Below, piece after piece: positions 51,007-63,500 of a stretch of 64,000 bases of DNA. Below the pieces are notes generated by a model. It searched no databases and was not told the DNA's origin. It was given only the letters and a program-made list of their open reading frames with translations. Position numbers and translations under genes: made by a program. Every line of letters starts with the position of its first letter. The stretch's first letter is position 1. Source of the DNA: Bacteroidota bacterium (GTDB lineage: Bacteria > Bacteroidota > Bacteroidia > UKL13-3). The DNA lies in the NCBI GenBank assembly GCA_027487835.1, contig JAIYCU010000028.1, positions 22,930-86,929 of the forward strand, read 5' to 3'.

Positions 51007-51645
51007 TTATAGCTTAAACCCAAGTCGGATAGAAAACTCTAAGGGAAAAAAGGATGGCTTTGAAAAGAGTAATTTGACAGCCTCTTCCTTGCTAAGATCA
51101 CTGCTTGTTACTTGGAAGAGATTGTAGTAGGAATATCCATAATTAAATTGCAGAATAGTTTTTTTCTCTTTTTTAAAAAACAATTGATGTCCAAGCCCTA
51201 TGCCTGTACCGATATATTTCCCTTTAAATTTTTCTGTACTCATCATACCAAAGAGAAATCCTTCTCTTGTATCGGTATAATCTATGCTGCCACCCATTAA
51301 ATTTCCATACCCATACGTTTCAAACCTTGGGTGAAGAACAAAATGGTAACGGTATTCGGCGCTAAAACGGCTACCATTCAAGGTTAATTCATAATCTGTA
51401 TTAAAAAGAGTTTCGCCTTTTCTTTTAAGGTAGTAAGCTGTAAACCCAGCTAGGATGACATGCCTATCAGAAAACCGATAAGCCAATTGAGGGTTAAATT
51501 TATAGAATAATGAGATAGGTTGATTCACATAAAGCCATATCCCATTTTTTTGAAGCGTATCGGTTTTAGCAAGGTCTTGACTGTTGGCACCTATGCTAAA
51601 ACAAAGCATAACCAAGAGGAGTGAAATGCAATTTTTGTGTTTCAT
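51007..51645 (-). CDS. Hypothetical outer-membrane beta-barrel (DUF3575-like)
   Basis: Signal peptide from MKHKNC; AEYRYHF, G.GIGLGHQ, IRLGFKL. Confidence 0.6.
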   Translation of the reverse strand: MKHKNCISLLLVMLCFSIGANSQDLAKTDTLQKNGIWLYVNQPISLFYKFNPQLAYRFSDRHVILAGFTAYYLKRKGETLFNTDYELTLNGSRFSAEYRYHFVLHPRFETYGYGNLMGGSIDYTDTREGFLFGMMSTEKFKGKYIGTGIGLGHQLFFKKEKKTILQFNYGYSYYNLFQVTSSDLSKEEAVKLLFSKPSFFPLEFSIRLGFKL

Positions 51646-51690
51646 AAACAAATGAATTAAATAGGGTAAAATAAAAATCAATATAAACTA

Positions 51691-52251
51691 TCAATTAAAA
51701 ACATAGCCAAACCTTAGTTTTAAATCAATGGGTGTACCAGGGCCCCCTAAATAAAAATCACCTTCATAAGAAAAACTTCTATTGCCACTTAAAATGCCTA
51801 CATTTAAGCCTATAGTGGGTTGGAAGAAATAGTTCTTTTCTTTATCCAAAAAAATATTCCAACCAAAGCCAGACCCAAACGAATAATAAGATTCTAAATC
51901 GTAATTCTTCCCGGGTCCATATTGACCAATGGCTAGTCTGCCATAATAAAACCGTTGAGATTTTGGCTTGCTTTTATGAAAGGTTTGTAACTCTAAGGCC
52001 ACTTGAGGGCCAATACAAAGACTACTATTGAAATAGCTAGCACTTAAAAAGAGGGTTAACTGTTTTGTTTTATAACCCAAATAAATAGTAGGCTTAGTAA
52101 TCCATGTTAAAGGTTGCCTCACCATTAGCGTAAAATGGTTTTTAGGAATAGAATTTTGGGCTTGGGGGATAGTATCTTGCGCTGCACTACTATGAGCATA
52201 TAAGATGCTTAACAACAAACATAAAAGCTTAAAAAAATTAGACTTCATCAT
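51691..52251 (-). CDS. Hypothetical outer-membrane beta-barrel
   Basis: Signal peptide; ends LRFGYVFN; layout similar to the downstream gene. Confidence 0.6.
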   Translation of the reverse strand: MMKSNFFKLLCLLLSILYAHSSAAQDTIPQAQNSIPKNHFTLMVRQPLTWITKPTIYLGYKTKQLTLFLSASYFNSSLCIGPQVALELQTFHKSKPKSQRFYYGRLAIGQYGPGKNYDLESYYSFGSGFGWNIFLDKEKNYFFQPTIGLNVGILSGNRSFSYEGDFYLGGPGTPIDLKLRFGYVFN

Positions 52252-52392
52252 AGGTTTTAGTATTTTTATGATACGAACTTAATTAGAAATACAAGTTACA
52301 AAAACAAGTTAAAACTTGTATTTCTTACTGCATAAAACTGTAACAGTAAATCATAAAAAAAATCAATTTCCAAAATTTAACTAACTTGCCTT

Positions 52393-52695
52393 TTGAAAAT
52401 GGATCCTAAATCACCTAACACACAAGCAGGATTTTTGCAATCTATTAACCTAATGCTTTTAGGTGGATTATTGCTTTTGGCGGTAATTGTGGCCGCAAAC
52501 AAGCTTCTCATCCACTATTTATACGCCAATTCACCCTTTCCTAATAATTGGTTAGGCAATTTAGCCAAAACAGAAAGTAAAACTTTTAGCATAGTATCAA
52601 GTATAGAACTATACCTTACTTGGTTTGCCTTGTGTTTATCGTTATTGGGGATGATAAGTGTGATTATAAAACTGGTTAAAACCTGGCAAGACTAA
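52393..52695 (+). CDS. Small two-TM membrane protein
   Basis: Two hydrophobic segments; ends 4 nt before rsmE; start may be the ATG at 52399. Confidence 0.55.
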   Translation: MKMDPKSPNTQAGFLQSINLMLLGGLLLLAVIVAANKLLIHYLYANSPFPNNWLGNLAKTESKTFSIVSSIELYLTWFALCLSLLGMISVIIKLVKTWQD

Positions 52696-52699
52696 GCGC

Positions 52700-53416
52700 A
52701 TGCAATACTTTTTTTATGAAAATTTAGAAGGCAGTGCGTTTGCCTTTGGCGAAGAAGAATCTAAACATTGCATTAAGGTATTGCGGCACAAACGCGGCGA
52801 TACCTTACAATTGATTGATGGCAAAGGCAATTGGGCCGAAGCCCTGATTGAGGAAGAACACCCCAAGCATTGCAGCGGTAAGATTACCAAACGCGTGCAC
52901 CATGCCCCTACCATGCCCTACCATTTTACCTTGAGCATAGCGCCCACCAAACAACATGAACGCATGGATTGGTTGGTAGAGAAAGCCGTGGAGATGGGGG
53001 TGCATTGCATTCAGTTTATACAATGCAAAAACAGCGAAAGGCCCAAAATAAACCTAGAACGTTTGCATAAAATTGCCATTAGCGCCCTCAAACAAAGCAA
53101 GCAGTTTTATTTACCTACTTTTAAACCCTTGGTGCCATTAGAAACTGCCTTGTCAACTGCCACGCAAGACCTAAAACTAATTGCCTATTGCTTGAGTGCG
53201 CAAGACCAAAGCCTTTATGCCTATTTGCAACAAAGGCCTAGCCATATTCATCTGTTGGTGGGACCCGAAGGGGATTTTACCCCTGCAGAAGTGGCACTTG
53301 CCCTTGAAAATGGTTTTAATACCTGTAGCTTAGGTCCGCATATTTTAAGAACCGAAACTGCTGCTTTGTATGCCCTTGCAGCAAGCGCTGCGGTATTGGG
53401 TCAAACCAAACCTTAG
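52700..53416 (+). CDS. rsmE: 16S rRNA m3U1498 methyltransferase
   Basis: HCIKVLR, EKAVEMGV, ALKQS, VGPEGDF and LG.HILRTETA SPOUT motifs. Confidence 0.95.
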   Translation: MQYFFYENLEGSAFAFGEEESKHCIKVLRHKRGDTLQLIDGKGNWAEALIEEEHPKHCSGKITKRVHHAPTMPYHFTLSIAPTKQHERMDWLVEKAVEMGVHCIQFIQCKNSERPKINLERLHKIAISALKQSKQFYLPTFKPLVPLETALSTATQDLKLIAYCLSAQDQSLYAYLQQRPSHIHLLVGPEGDFTPAEVALALENGFNTCSLGPHILRTETAALYALAASAAVLGQTKP

Positions 53417-53419
53417 CTA

Positions 53420-54646
53420 CTAGTGCGCCAAGTACTTTTTAAACCGCTTAATGGCTTTTTTAAATGTGCTTGTGCTAATGGTATTGTTATAAATTTCATT
53501 GCCTTTTGTAAAGCGTAAATCGGTGGCCACAATTCCAATTCTTTTTATACCATTTAGGGTATTTGTGTCGGCGGGAGGCAACACAATGGTATTCTCATAC
53601 ACTTTATACACTTGGGTGGTCTTTGGCAAGTATTCAAACATTTTATCATTGATATAAATGCCTGCCCTGTTTTGCGCCATGGCAGGATATACAATGAGGT
53701 TATGGTGTATGCTCACTTGCAAGCCAAAACATTCTATGGCATTGCCATAGCTATAAAAGATTTTATTATAGGCCACCTCTGCTTGGCAAGGTTGCCCAAT
53801 GATAATGCCACTCATTTGGTTAGGAATCCTTGCATAACTATCATACGAAATCACATTATGGGCTACCCAAACACCTTTAGCAGCCGCAACCTGTATGGCA
53901 TCCCAGCCGCTGCTATCTATGCTGTTTTGATAAATGGCTACGCCAATAATGGCATGTGGCAAAACTGAAACCGTATCTTTAAGGCCCTTGCAAGGTAGGT
54001 TCAACCCGAACCCATTATTATAAAAACTATTGCCAATATACATTCCTTCATTGCCTACATGATGGATATAGTTATGGTGTATTTGAATATCATATAAAAC
54101 AAACTGTTTAAACCTTGGCAAGTCTTTGCAAACAGGGTCGGTTTTAATAGAAATTCCTGAAGAACCAATATAAGAAATCTCTACGCCACAGATTTCTATA
54201 TTGCTGCTAAAATCATTAAAGCTAATGGCATTGCCTTTTGGCAGTTGTGTAATGGTAATGCCATAGGCCTTTTTGCGTTTGCTAATGCCTTGTAGTTTTA
54301 GGTATCGCACCCCAGCGAATGCGAGTCCGTAAAAACCATCTACTGGTTTGGTAATGATAACAGGCCCTTGCCAATTGCAAATGACAATGGGGTGCAGGGA
54401 ATCGCCTTGTAGATTTTCAAACTTCATGGGTGCACGGGTACCTGCAAGGATGGCCAAGGTATCGCCCGCTCCTGCATGTAAATAAAGTGCATTAAACACT
54501 TCATGGGCACTGCCCACTGGGAGGCTGTCTACTTGGCGTATCCAATCTATATGGGGTTTTATGAGAAAGGTTTTGGCTTCTGTTTGAACCCAAGCAAGGA
54601 TGCCCAAACTTAGGCCGAATAAAAATTGCTTTGATAATAGTGGCAT
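53420..54646 (-). CDS. Secreted right-handed parallel beta-helix protein
   Basis: IHHNYIHHVGNEGMYIG, IYQNSI...GWDAIQV and other N-x-I ladder repeats. Confidence 0.8.
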   Translation of the reverse strand: MPLLSKQFLFGLSLGILAWVQTEAKTFLIKPHIDWIRQVDSLPVGSAHEVFNALYLHAGAGDTLAILAGTRAPMKFENLQGDSLHPIVICNWQGPVIITKPVDGFYGLAFAGVRYLKLQGISKRKKAYGITITQLPKGNAISFNDFSSNIEICGVEISYIGSSGISIKTDPVCKDLPRFKQFVLYDIQIHHNYIHHVGNEGMYIGNSFYNNGFGLNLPCKGLKDTVSVLPHAIIGVAIYQNSIDSSGWDAIQVAAAKGVWVAHNVISYDSYARIPNQMSGIIIGQPCQAEVAYNKIFYSYGNAIECFGLQVSIHHNLIVYPAMAQNRAGIYINDKMFEYLPKTTQVYKVYENTIVLPPADTNTLNGIKRIGIVATDLRFTKGNEIYNNTISTSTFKKAIKRFKKYLAH

Positions 54647-54654
54647 CGTTCTAC

Positions 54655-55506
54655 TTAAAACGCAAAGAGTAGTCCGACCGAAATACCAATATTATCAAAC
54701 GGCAAGCCAACAGATAGCGATTGATTGGGCGCATCATTGCTAATGGGTTGAGAAGAATCAACTACATACTTATCTTCATATATTGTTTTTCGAGCCCTTG
54801 CGCTTAAGGAGTTAATGGCATCATTGCCATCAATGGTATATTTTACTACTTCAGCTTGACTAGGTTCATACCGTACCGATTGCAAATTACATTCTCCAAA
54901 AAAACTGAGTTGCTTAGACACTTGGTATTCCAAACCAATACCTGCCTGATAGCCAAATGCGAGTCCACCACTCACTTTATTTTCTCTATAGATGGACTTA
55001 TTATTGGCGTTAATAGTTGAAACATCCGTTTGTATGATGGTATAGTTACCTAAACCAAATACCAACCCAAATTTGGCATAAGGGCTTAGCTTTTCAAAGG
55101 GATAATGTACTAAAAAAGTTGGGCTTATAAATGCCATGCGGGTGGTATAACTATTCTCAACCAAGGAATTTCCATAATTGACTATTTCTTGTTTGTTAAA
55201 AATAGTGGAGGTAGCACCGCGTAAATAGTTTACGCCAAGCTCTAGGCCGATAGTTTTATTTAAGCGATAGCCAAAGGCCAATCCGCCTTGCAAGCCACTG
55301 GCCCATTTAATTTGGGTTCTATCGTAGGTATATTTGATGCTACCAGACCCATTATCTACCATGGTATAATTAAAGCCAATATTCCCATTAATGGCAAACT
55401 GATAGCCAGTAGAAACCTTTAGGTAACCTTTCTGTGCATGGGTATTTGTGAGGGCGATAAGAAAAAAGAAAAGTAAAAGGCTAGGTTTAAAGAAATTAAT
55501 TTTCAT
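54655..55506 (-). CDS. Outer-membrane beta-barrel protein
   Basis: Signal peptide; FGY....IGLELGVNY, PYAKFG, terminal F. Confidence 0.8.
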   Translation of the reverse strand: MKINFFKPSLLLFFFLIALTNTHAQKGYLKVSTGYQFAINGNIGFNYTMVDNGSGSIKYTYDRTQIKWASGLQGGLAFGYRLNKTIGLELGVNYLRGATSTIFNKQEIVNYGNSLVENSYTTRMAFISPTFLVHYPFEKLSPYAKFGLVFGLGNYTIIQTDVSTINANNKSIYRENKVSGGLAFGYQAGIGLEYQVSKQLSFFGECNLQSVRYEPSQAEVVKYTIDGNDAINSLSARARKTIYEDKYVVDSSQPISNDAPNQSLSVGLPFDNIGISVGLLFAF

Positions 55507-55576
55507 GCTATTGATAAATTATTAGGATTACAAGGTAAAGAATTTTACGTACACATTTGGATGCTTTTTTAAAAAA

Positions 55577-56425
55577 ATGTATGTTGCTGCAATGCAAAAA
55601 GTCATTTCTTGCTTCATGGGAATTTTCTTGCCCTTTCTCTTGTTTGCGGTGAACCCACCCAAGGCAAGTTTAGGATTTTTACCCAAAGAAAGTAAAGAAT
55701 TCTTACCCAAGTACAAATTCATTTCTAGCTTTACCGCAGATAGCCGTGCCCACCGATTAAGCTTTGCGAGAAACTCAGACCAAAACAGTTATACCGCCTC
55801 CATGGGTGGGAGCTTTGCCTTGCTTAACCATCGCTTGGGCCAAATACCATTGCAATGGAGTGCATCGGGCTCAACTTGGTTAACCTTGCAAAGAACCAAA
55901 GGTTCAGGAGGTGTGGTAAACAATGATTTTTTTGCAGATATTTGGGTAGATGCGGCTTTAACCAGCCATTGGTATTTGCGTTTTGGAACAGGGCATAGTT
56001 CGCAACATTTATCAGACGATGCCATATTATTGGGTTTGCCTTTTAGTAATTATGCCAAAGATTATCATTTTGTGGGCGCAATTTTTAAAAAGAAAAAACT
56101 TCAAGCCTATTCTTTGGCTTATTTTAATTATAATTTTAAAACACAAGGCGACATTTCTAGAAAGTGGTTGTTTCAGGCAGGTTTTGAACATGCCCCTTTG
56201 CGCATTAAAGACAATGTTTTTGGGTATTATGCCTTAGACATTAAATGCAGGGAAGAATTACGGTTTGAACCCACCGTGAATATGCAAATAGGATGCAAGG
56301 TAATAGATGAGGAAGGTGCTGCGTTCAGGATTGCCTTGGATCAAACCATAGGAAAAGAAGAACGTGGTAGTTTTATGTATCAAACTCGTAATTTTGCGCG
56401 ACTAGCCCTTTATTTCGACTTTTAA
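55577..56425 (+). CDS. DUF1207-like outer-membrane protein
   Basis: N.DF and H.S.HL.D motifs; ends LYFDF. Confidence 0.55.
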   Translation: MYVAAMQKVISCFMGIFLPFLLFAVNPPKASLGFLPKESKEFLPKYKFISSFTADSRAHRLSFARNSDQNSYTASMGGSFALLNHRLGQIPLQWSASGSTWLTLQRTKGSGGVVNNDFFADIWVDAALTSHWYLRFGTGHSSQHLSDDAILLGLPFSNYAKDYHFVGAIFKKKKLQAYSLAYFNYNFKTQGDISRKWLFQAGFEHAPLRIKDNVFGYYALDIKCREELRFEPTVNMQIGCKVIDEEGAAFRIALDQTIGKEERGSFMYQTRNFARLALYFDF

Positions 56426-56427
56426 TT

Positions 56428-57309
56428 ATGCGTAGTGTTCAAACCCTTATATTATTTCTTACTACCTTACTAGCACAAGGTGTGTTGGCACAAGACAGCC
56501 TAAGTACGCCTAAGTTTAGTAATCGCCAAAAAATAATTATGGGCAGTTTAGTACTGCAACAAGCAGGCAGTATGTATTTAGAATACAAATGGTGGTGGGA
56601 GCATAACTACCATGATTTTCACCATGAAAATGATGGGGGCTTAAATAATTACAGTTTAGGAATAGATAAAGTAGGCCATTTTTATACTTCTTATATGTAT
56701 AGCAACCTATTATATGAGTTAATGAAATGGGGCAAATTCTCAGAAAAGAGCAGCGAATGGGTGAGTGTTGCCCTTCCCTTTGCCTGGGCATTAAGTATAG
56801 AAGTTGGGGATGGCTTTTCTAAATTTGCATTTAGTAGTCAGGATTTACTAGCAAACTCAATGGGCATTGCCTATGCCTTGGCCCAAAGAAAAGTGGATGT
56901 TTTACAAAAGTTCAAATTCAAATACAGCTATTACCCTTCGCCATATTTTAGAGAAAGGGATATGAAAGGCTGGTCATTGGTTTCTGATTACGACGGACAC
57001 ATTTATTGGTTAACGGCAGATGTGCACGGACTCTTGCCCAAAAGGTTTAAGCCGTATTGGCCAAAATACCTAAACTTGGGTGCGGGTTATGGCATACAAA
57101 ACTTTAGACCTTTAGATCCTTTTACAGATGGGCCCATGTTATTGCGGAAGTTTCATATTGGCTTTGATTATAACTTAGCTAAAATAAAGGTAAGCAAACC
57201 CGGTTGGCAAGCCTTATTAAAAATGGCAGATCATTATCACTTACCTGCACCCGGATTTTCGAAAGTTGGCGGGGATAACTGGCGGTTTAAGGCATTATTG
57301 TTGCAGTAA
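56428..57309 (+). CDS. DUF2279/YfiM-family protein
   Basis: IDKVGHFYTSY, IEVGDGFS...FS..DLLAN..G, DYDGH.YWL, WPKYLNL..GYG. Confidence 0.85.
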   Translation: MRSVQTLILFLTTLLAQGVLAQDSLSTPKFSNRQKIIMGSLVLQQAGSMYLEYKWWWEHNYHDFHHENDGGLNNYSLGIDKVGHFYTSYMYSNLLYELMKWGKFSEKSSEWVSVALPFAWALSIEVGDGFSKFAFSSQDLLANSMGIAYALAQRKVDVLQKFKFKYSYYPSPYFRERDMKGWSLVSDYDGHIYWLTADVHGLLPKRFKPYWPKYLNLGAGYGIQNFRPLDPFTDGPMLLRKFHIGFDYNLAKIKVSKPGWQALLKMADHYHLPAPGFSKVGGDNWRFKALLLQ

Positions 57310-57588
57310 GGCCTTGATTTAAGGGCTTACTATAAATAGTCGCACCTAAAAAGCCACTTACATAGAAATTTTATCCTCTAAAATAAGCAAGCAATTCCCA
57401 TTTTGGGGTTAATAGCTGCCTTTTTCCCTTTTTAATACACACATTGCGACAATTAATACAGCAACTCAAATAAATTTATATCTATTGGTATAAAATTTAA
57501 GGCAATTAAACATTTTAGTTGAAGACTTAATGGGATAAAAAATAGCTTCACATATTATTAATGTAGTCCGTTCTACCTAAATTAATCT

Positions 57589-60500
57589 ATGAAACACGTT
57601 TACAAGCAAATGAAATTCGTATTAGGTTTATCCTTATTCGCATTATTCTGTTTAGTTGGAATCAATGCCAATGGGCAAACTGCCTCTGTCACCTTGGGAA
57701 GCAACCCCGCGTGTCTGGGAGTAAGCAATGCAATTGAAATTACCTATTCTGGGTTAAGCACAGGTGATGAATATGCCGTGAAATGGGGAGCCACAACGGT
57801 AGGTACTATTACCGCGCCGCATTCAGGATCAGGCACTGTTAACCTAAACACCAATAGTTTAGTTTCAACTTCCCCAACTGGGTTCGAGTTTGAAAATCAA
57901 ACAACACCTGGCATTGATGCTACAGCAAGTTTTACCTTAAATGACTTGCCAGCTGCACCTGGTTTTGATTCAGATTATTCTGGAATTTATGACGGGACCT
58001 TTCATACGGGAGTGGTAACAGTTAATGTAGGAGAATCAGTGGTTTGGTATACCGCTTCTAGCGGTGGTAGTGAAACCGATGGTTTAAAAGCAGCAGGAAC
58101 TGCTACTTTTTATGCAGCGGCAAAAATAGATGCAACAGGTTGTTTTAGTAGTTCAAGAACTTCTGCGGATGTTGCAATAGGTGCAAAAACATTAACGGTA
58201 AATGTAACAGCACAAAATAAAGAATATGATGGAAACGATGCTGCAGCCTTAAGTTCAGCTTCATTTTCAGGCGCACTTGGCGGTGATGATGTAAACATCG
58301 GTGGAACAGTAACCGCTAACTTTAATGATAAAACAGTTGATAATGGCAAAGCAGTATCTTTATCTGGTGTTTATACCAAATCTGGCACAGATGCTGGAAA
58401 TTACAGCATTACCCAACCAAGTGGCTTAACGGCTGATATCACTCCAAAAGAATTAACGGTAAATGTTTCAGTTAGTGATAAAGAATATGACGGCAATGAT
58501 GTGGCAACCTTAGGTTCTGCTTCATTTATTGGGGTTGTAGGCGCAGATGATGTAAACATAGGTGGAACAGTAACGGCTAACTTTAATAATAAAACAGTTT
58601 CTTTTGGCAAACCAGTTTCTTTTAATGGTACTTATACAAAATCTGGTACAGATGCTGGTAACTATTACATTACGCAACCTAGTGGTGCTATAGCTAATGT
58701 TAATTACAAGGCATTAACGGTTAATGTATCTGCAAATAACAAAGAATATGATGGAAATGATGTTGCAACTTTAAGTTCGGCATCATTTGTTGGCGTTATA
58801 GGTGGCGATGATGTAACACTTGGTGGAACAGTTACGGCTAACTTTCTTGATAAAACAGTTGATAATGGCAAAGCAGTTGACTTAAATGGTGCTTATACTA
58901 AATCTGGAACAGATGCTGGAAATTACAACCTTACACAACCGAGTGGGTTAACGGCTGATATTACTCCAAAAGAATTAACGGTAAATGTTACCGCTAATAA
59001 TAAAGAATACGATGGAAATGATGGCGCAACTTTAGGTTCTGCTTCTTTTGTTGGTGTTGTAGGTGGTGATGATGTTACAATTGGGGGAACAGTTACTGCT
59101 AACTTTAATAACAAAACGGTTAATAATGGCAAGGCAGTTTCTTTATCTGGTGTTTATACCAAATCTGGAACTGATGCAGATAATTACAGCATAACTCAAC
59201 CAACAGGCTTAACTGCTAATGTTACCGCCAAAGAATTAACAGTAAGTGTAACCGCTAATAGCAAAGAATATGATGGCAATGATGGCGCAACTTTAGGTTC
59301 TGCTTCTTTTGTTGGCGTTGTAGGTGGTGATGATGTTACAATTGGGGGGACAGTAACTGCTAACTTTAATAACAAAACAGTTAATAATGGCAAGGCAGTT
59401 TCTTTATCTGGATTTTATACCAAATCTGGAACTGATGCTGGAAATTACAGCATTACCCAACCAACAGGTTTAACAGCAAATGTTACCGCCAAAGAATTAA
59501 CAGTAAGTGTTACTGCTAATAACAAAGAATATGATGGCAATGATGTGGCAACTTTAAGTTCAGCCTCTTTTGTTGGCGTTGTGGGCGGTGATGATGTTAC
59601 AATTGGTGGAACAGTGACGGCTAACTTTAATAACAAAACGGTTAATAATGGCAAGGCAGTTTCTTTATCTGGAGTTTATACCAAATCTGGTGCAGATGCT
59701 GGAAATTACAGCATTACCCAACCAAGTGGTTTAACCGCAAATGTTACAGCTAAAAATTTAAACATAAGTGTTACGGCCCAAAACAAAATATTTGATGGAA
59801 ACGATGAAGCTACTTTAAATTCAGCAAGCTTCAGTAATTTGATTTCTGGAGATGATGTAACCCTTGGTGGCACCGTAACTGCTAATTTTAACAATATTAA
59901 TGTTGGTAATACAAAGCCTGTTTCTCTTACAGGAACTTATACAAAATCAGGACCTGATGCTGGTAATTATAACTTAATTCAGCCAAGTGGTTTAACAGCA
60001 AACATTACACACCAACCAATAACTATTACGGCCCTTAACCAAGCTAAATGCCAAGGTACAGGCGTTACTTTAAATGGAACAGAGTTTAGCATTTCAGGTA
60101 TTATTTCTCCTGATGAAGTAACTTCGGTTACCTTAACTACGAGTGGTGCATCAAGCGGAGCGGCTGCAAGTTCTACGCAATATGCCATTGTTCCAAGTGC
60201 TGCTGTAGGTTCAGGATTATCTAATTATAGTATCAGTTATGTAAATGGTGGATTCTTAGTAAGATCTAATCCTACTGCTAGTTTCTCATTTAATGACAAT
60301 ACACAATGCTTTGTTGGACATGGGTTCAACCTAAGCAATACTTCTTCTAATGGAAGCACAACTGGTTCTGGCACAATTAACGCTTGGAGCTGGACCGCAA
60401 CAGGTTCTAGCAATGCAGCCTTTACAGGTGTTGGTCCACATGGCCCATTAACCTATGCTAGTCATGGCGATTATACTATTAACTTAAGCGTTACTGACCA

Positions 60501-63500
60501 ACATGGTTGTACCAATAGCACTAACTTTACTAATAATGTAAGGGTTTACCAACACCCAACCGCTTCTTTTACTACAGCTGAAACCAGCGGTACTGCAAAC
60601 AATGATTATAATATTTGTACTGGAGCAACCGTAACTTTTAATGGTTCTGGTTCTAGCTTTGGTTTTGGCGCAAGCAGTTTACTTTACCAATGGAGAAAAG
60701 ACAATGTTGACCAAGTTGGGTCAGGCGCAACTTCTTCAATCTATACTCCAGCTGTAAACGCAGTGAGCAACCCAGATGCCATTACTTACACTTTAAGAGT
60801 AACTGACAACAATGGTTGTACAAGCAATGCTTTTGCAACAGAGCCTTCTCAAGTAATAAATGTTTATCCTTTTGCTAACCCAAGTTTAACAACTCCTGAT
60901 ATGGGCGCTCAAGGTTCTTATGGAACAACTTCTTTAAATGGAAATGGTGGTCAATTAATTTGTAATGGAGCCGCTATTTTTAGTGGATCAGCAACTATTC
61001 CTTCAGGTTCTGTAGTATCATATATATTTAACTACGGAGATGGAAGTTTATTAGAAGCGGTTACTGACCCAAGTTTAATGAAGCATACCTTCCCTACTGT
61101 AACAAATGTGCCATGGGGAACCCCAGGAGAGCCAAATGTGAGGTATAGCATTCAAATGACTGCGGTTACAAACCAAGGTTGTTCTACTAGCACAACTATT
61201 TCAAGAGATATTAAGACAGGCCCTGATGCAAGTGTTGGCTTAACAGATGCCGCCACTCAAAACTTGACTGGCAATAGCTTTGAGTTTTTATTTGGCAATG
61301 TTGATAGACATCCATCTTATAAAATAACCAACTTATGGGATTTTGGAGATGGCACTACCACTACCGCCTCTTATTTAAACATCACGCCAAAAATTTATAC
61401 GGCAGCAGGAAACTATCGCGCCCATTTGATCATTTACACCAATACAGGTTGTACAGATACTGCGCATTATGATGTAACTGTAACGCCAGCAGCCGCAGCA
61501 TCTTTTAGCGTAACGCCTAATAGCTGTGCAAACAGAAATGTTGCATTTAACAGTGGAGCGAGTGTAGGTGCAATTTCTTATGCATGGAATTTTGGAGATG
61601 GAAATACTTCTACCCTAGCCAATCCAACACATACTTATGCTGCAGATGGCAGTTTTACTGCAACTTTAACCATTAATGGCGGTGTATCAACTACCAACCA
61701 AAGTGTTACGGTAATTACCAACCCAATTGCAGGAACAATTAGTTCAAATCTAAATTCTTGCACCAATGAATATACATTTAGCAGCAATGCCACAGGTTCA
61801 AACCTTAGCTATGCATGGAGCCTTGCAGGCGGATCAGGCGCTGCTTCTACCACTTCAAGCATCCAAAGAAGTTACAGCACAAGTGCAACAGCTACCGTTG
61901 ATTTAACGGTAACAGCAAATGGCGCTTGTTCTACATTGGTAAGTCAATTATCATTTACACCAGAAGTTGCCATACCAGGCCCAGATGCTGGTGTTTCTGC
62001 AACATTGGTTAGTGCTTGTTCTACCTCAGTAACCATAACTAATTCATCAGTTAATGCAGATACTTACGAGGTAAAAGTTGATGCGGGTGCGTATGCATCG
62101 CAAACTACATTTCCATATAATATAGACTATTTAACGCCAGGGGTACATACAATTTATCTTAAAGCAAGTGCCTCAGGTTTGTGTCCAGATGAAACATCAG
62201 TGAATGTTACCATCGCGCCTGCACTTGCAGGATTTGATGCAACACCTCCAGCTTGTGGCAAAACAATAAGTTTTACAAATACATCGAGCATTAGTTATGG
62301 CACAGCAACCTATAATTGGAATTTTAATTCAGGCGAAGGAACCTCAACCAGCACCAACCCAGATTTTACCTTTGCAACAGGAGGAAGTAAACCTGTTACT
62401 TTGACTGTAACAACAGTATCTGGATGTACAATTGGCGTTACGGGTGGCGTAAATGTGAGTACATTAGTTGGACCAACTGCAAGCTATAGCCATTCTGCAG
62501 CAACAGGATGTGGAAATGGAAAACAGTTTACGAATACCACAATTGGTTCAGGATTAACTTTCAATTGGAATTTTGGAGATAATACCAATACCAACGTAGA
62601 AAACCCTATTAAATATTTTGCAAGTAGCGGCAATCACCAAGTTATCTTAACTGTATCTGACGGGGTTTGTTCGAACAGCAGCACCCAAACTATTAGCATT
62701 TCACCTTTTAGCGGCAATGCAGCCTCTTTTGAAGAAGGAAACGGTAGTTATACGCAAGCTTTAAGTGGAAATAATTTCTACTTTGAGAATACCACTACCC
62801 ATACTGCAAATGGCGGTTGGACCCCTAGCTACTCATGGAATTTTGGCGATGCAACCACTAGCACCAACACCCATGTATTTAATAAAACATATGCGGCAGC
62901 AGGAACTTATACCATCACACTAACAGCCACATCAAGTTTAGGTTGTTCAACAACTTTCACTAGAAACGTTACAATTACTGCTTCAAATACTGCAAATTTC
63001 AGTTATACGCCTAATGCCTGTGGAAGTTTAGATATTGCTTTCAACAGTTCAGCCTCTATTGGTGCAACTGCTTACAGCTGGAATTTTGGAGATGGAAACT
63101 CATCTACCTTGGCAAACCCAACACATACTTATGCGGCTGCAGGTACTTATGCAGTAATATTGACCATCAATGGAAGTGTGGTTTCTACACCTCAGTCGGT
63201 TATTGTAACAACTGCTCCTACTGGAGTATCAATTACACCTGCTTCAAATGCTTGTACCTCTACCTATTCTTATACCGCAGCGGCTACAGGAAGCAACTTA
63301 ACTTACCATTGGAGTTTTACGAATGTAGATGGAGGTTCGCTTTCAAGTACTTCGGCGGTGGTTAACAAAAGTTATACTGCATCGGGTACAGAAAATGCAA
63401 CGCTAACAGTATCTTCTGGTGCTTGCTCTACTTCGGTTACATTAAGTGGCTATTCAGTTTCGGTAGCAGGGGCATTAGTGACTGCTAACTTAACAGTATC

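Noticed and set aside
58110-60188. Series of 62-79-aa minus-strand ORFs
   Set aside because: Antisense shadows of the 261-bp YDG repeats of the giant plus-strand gene.
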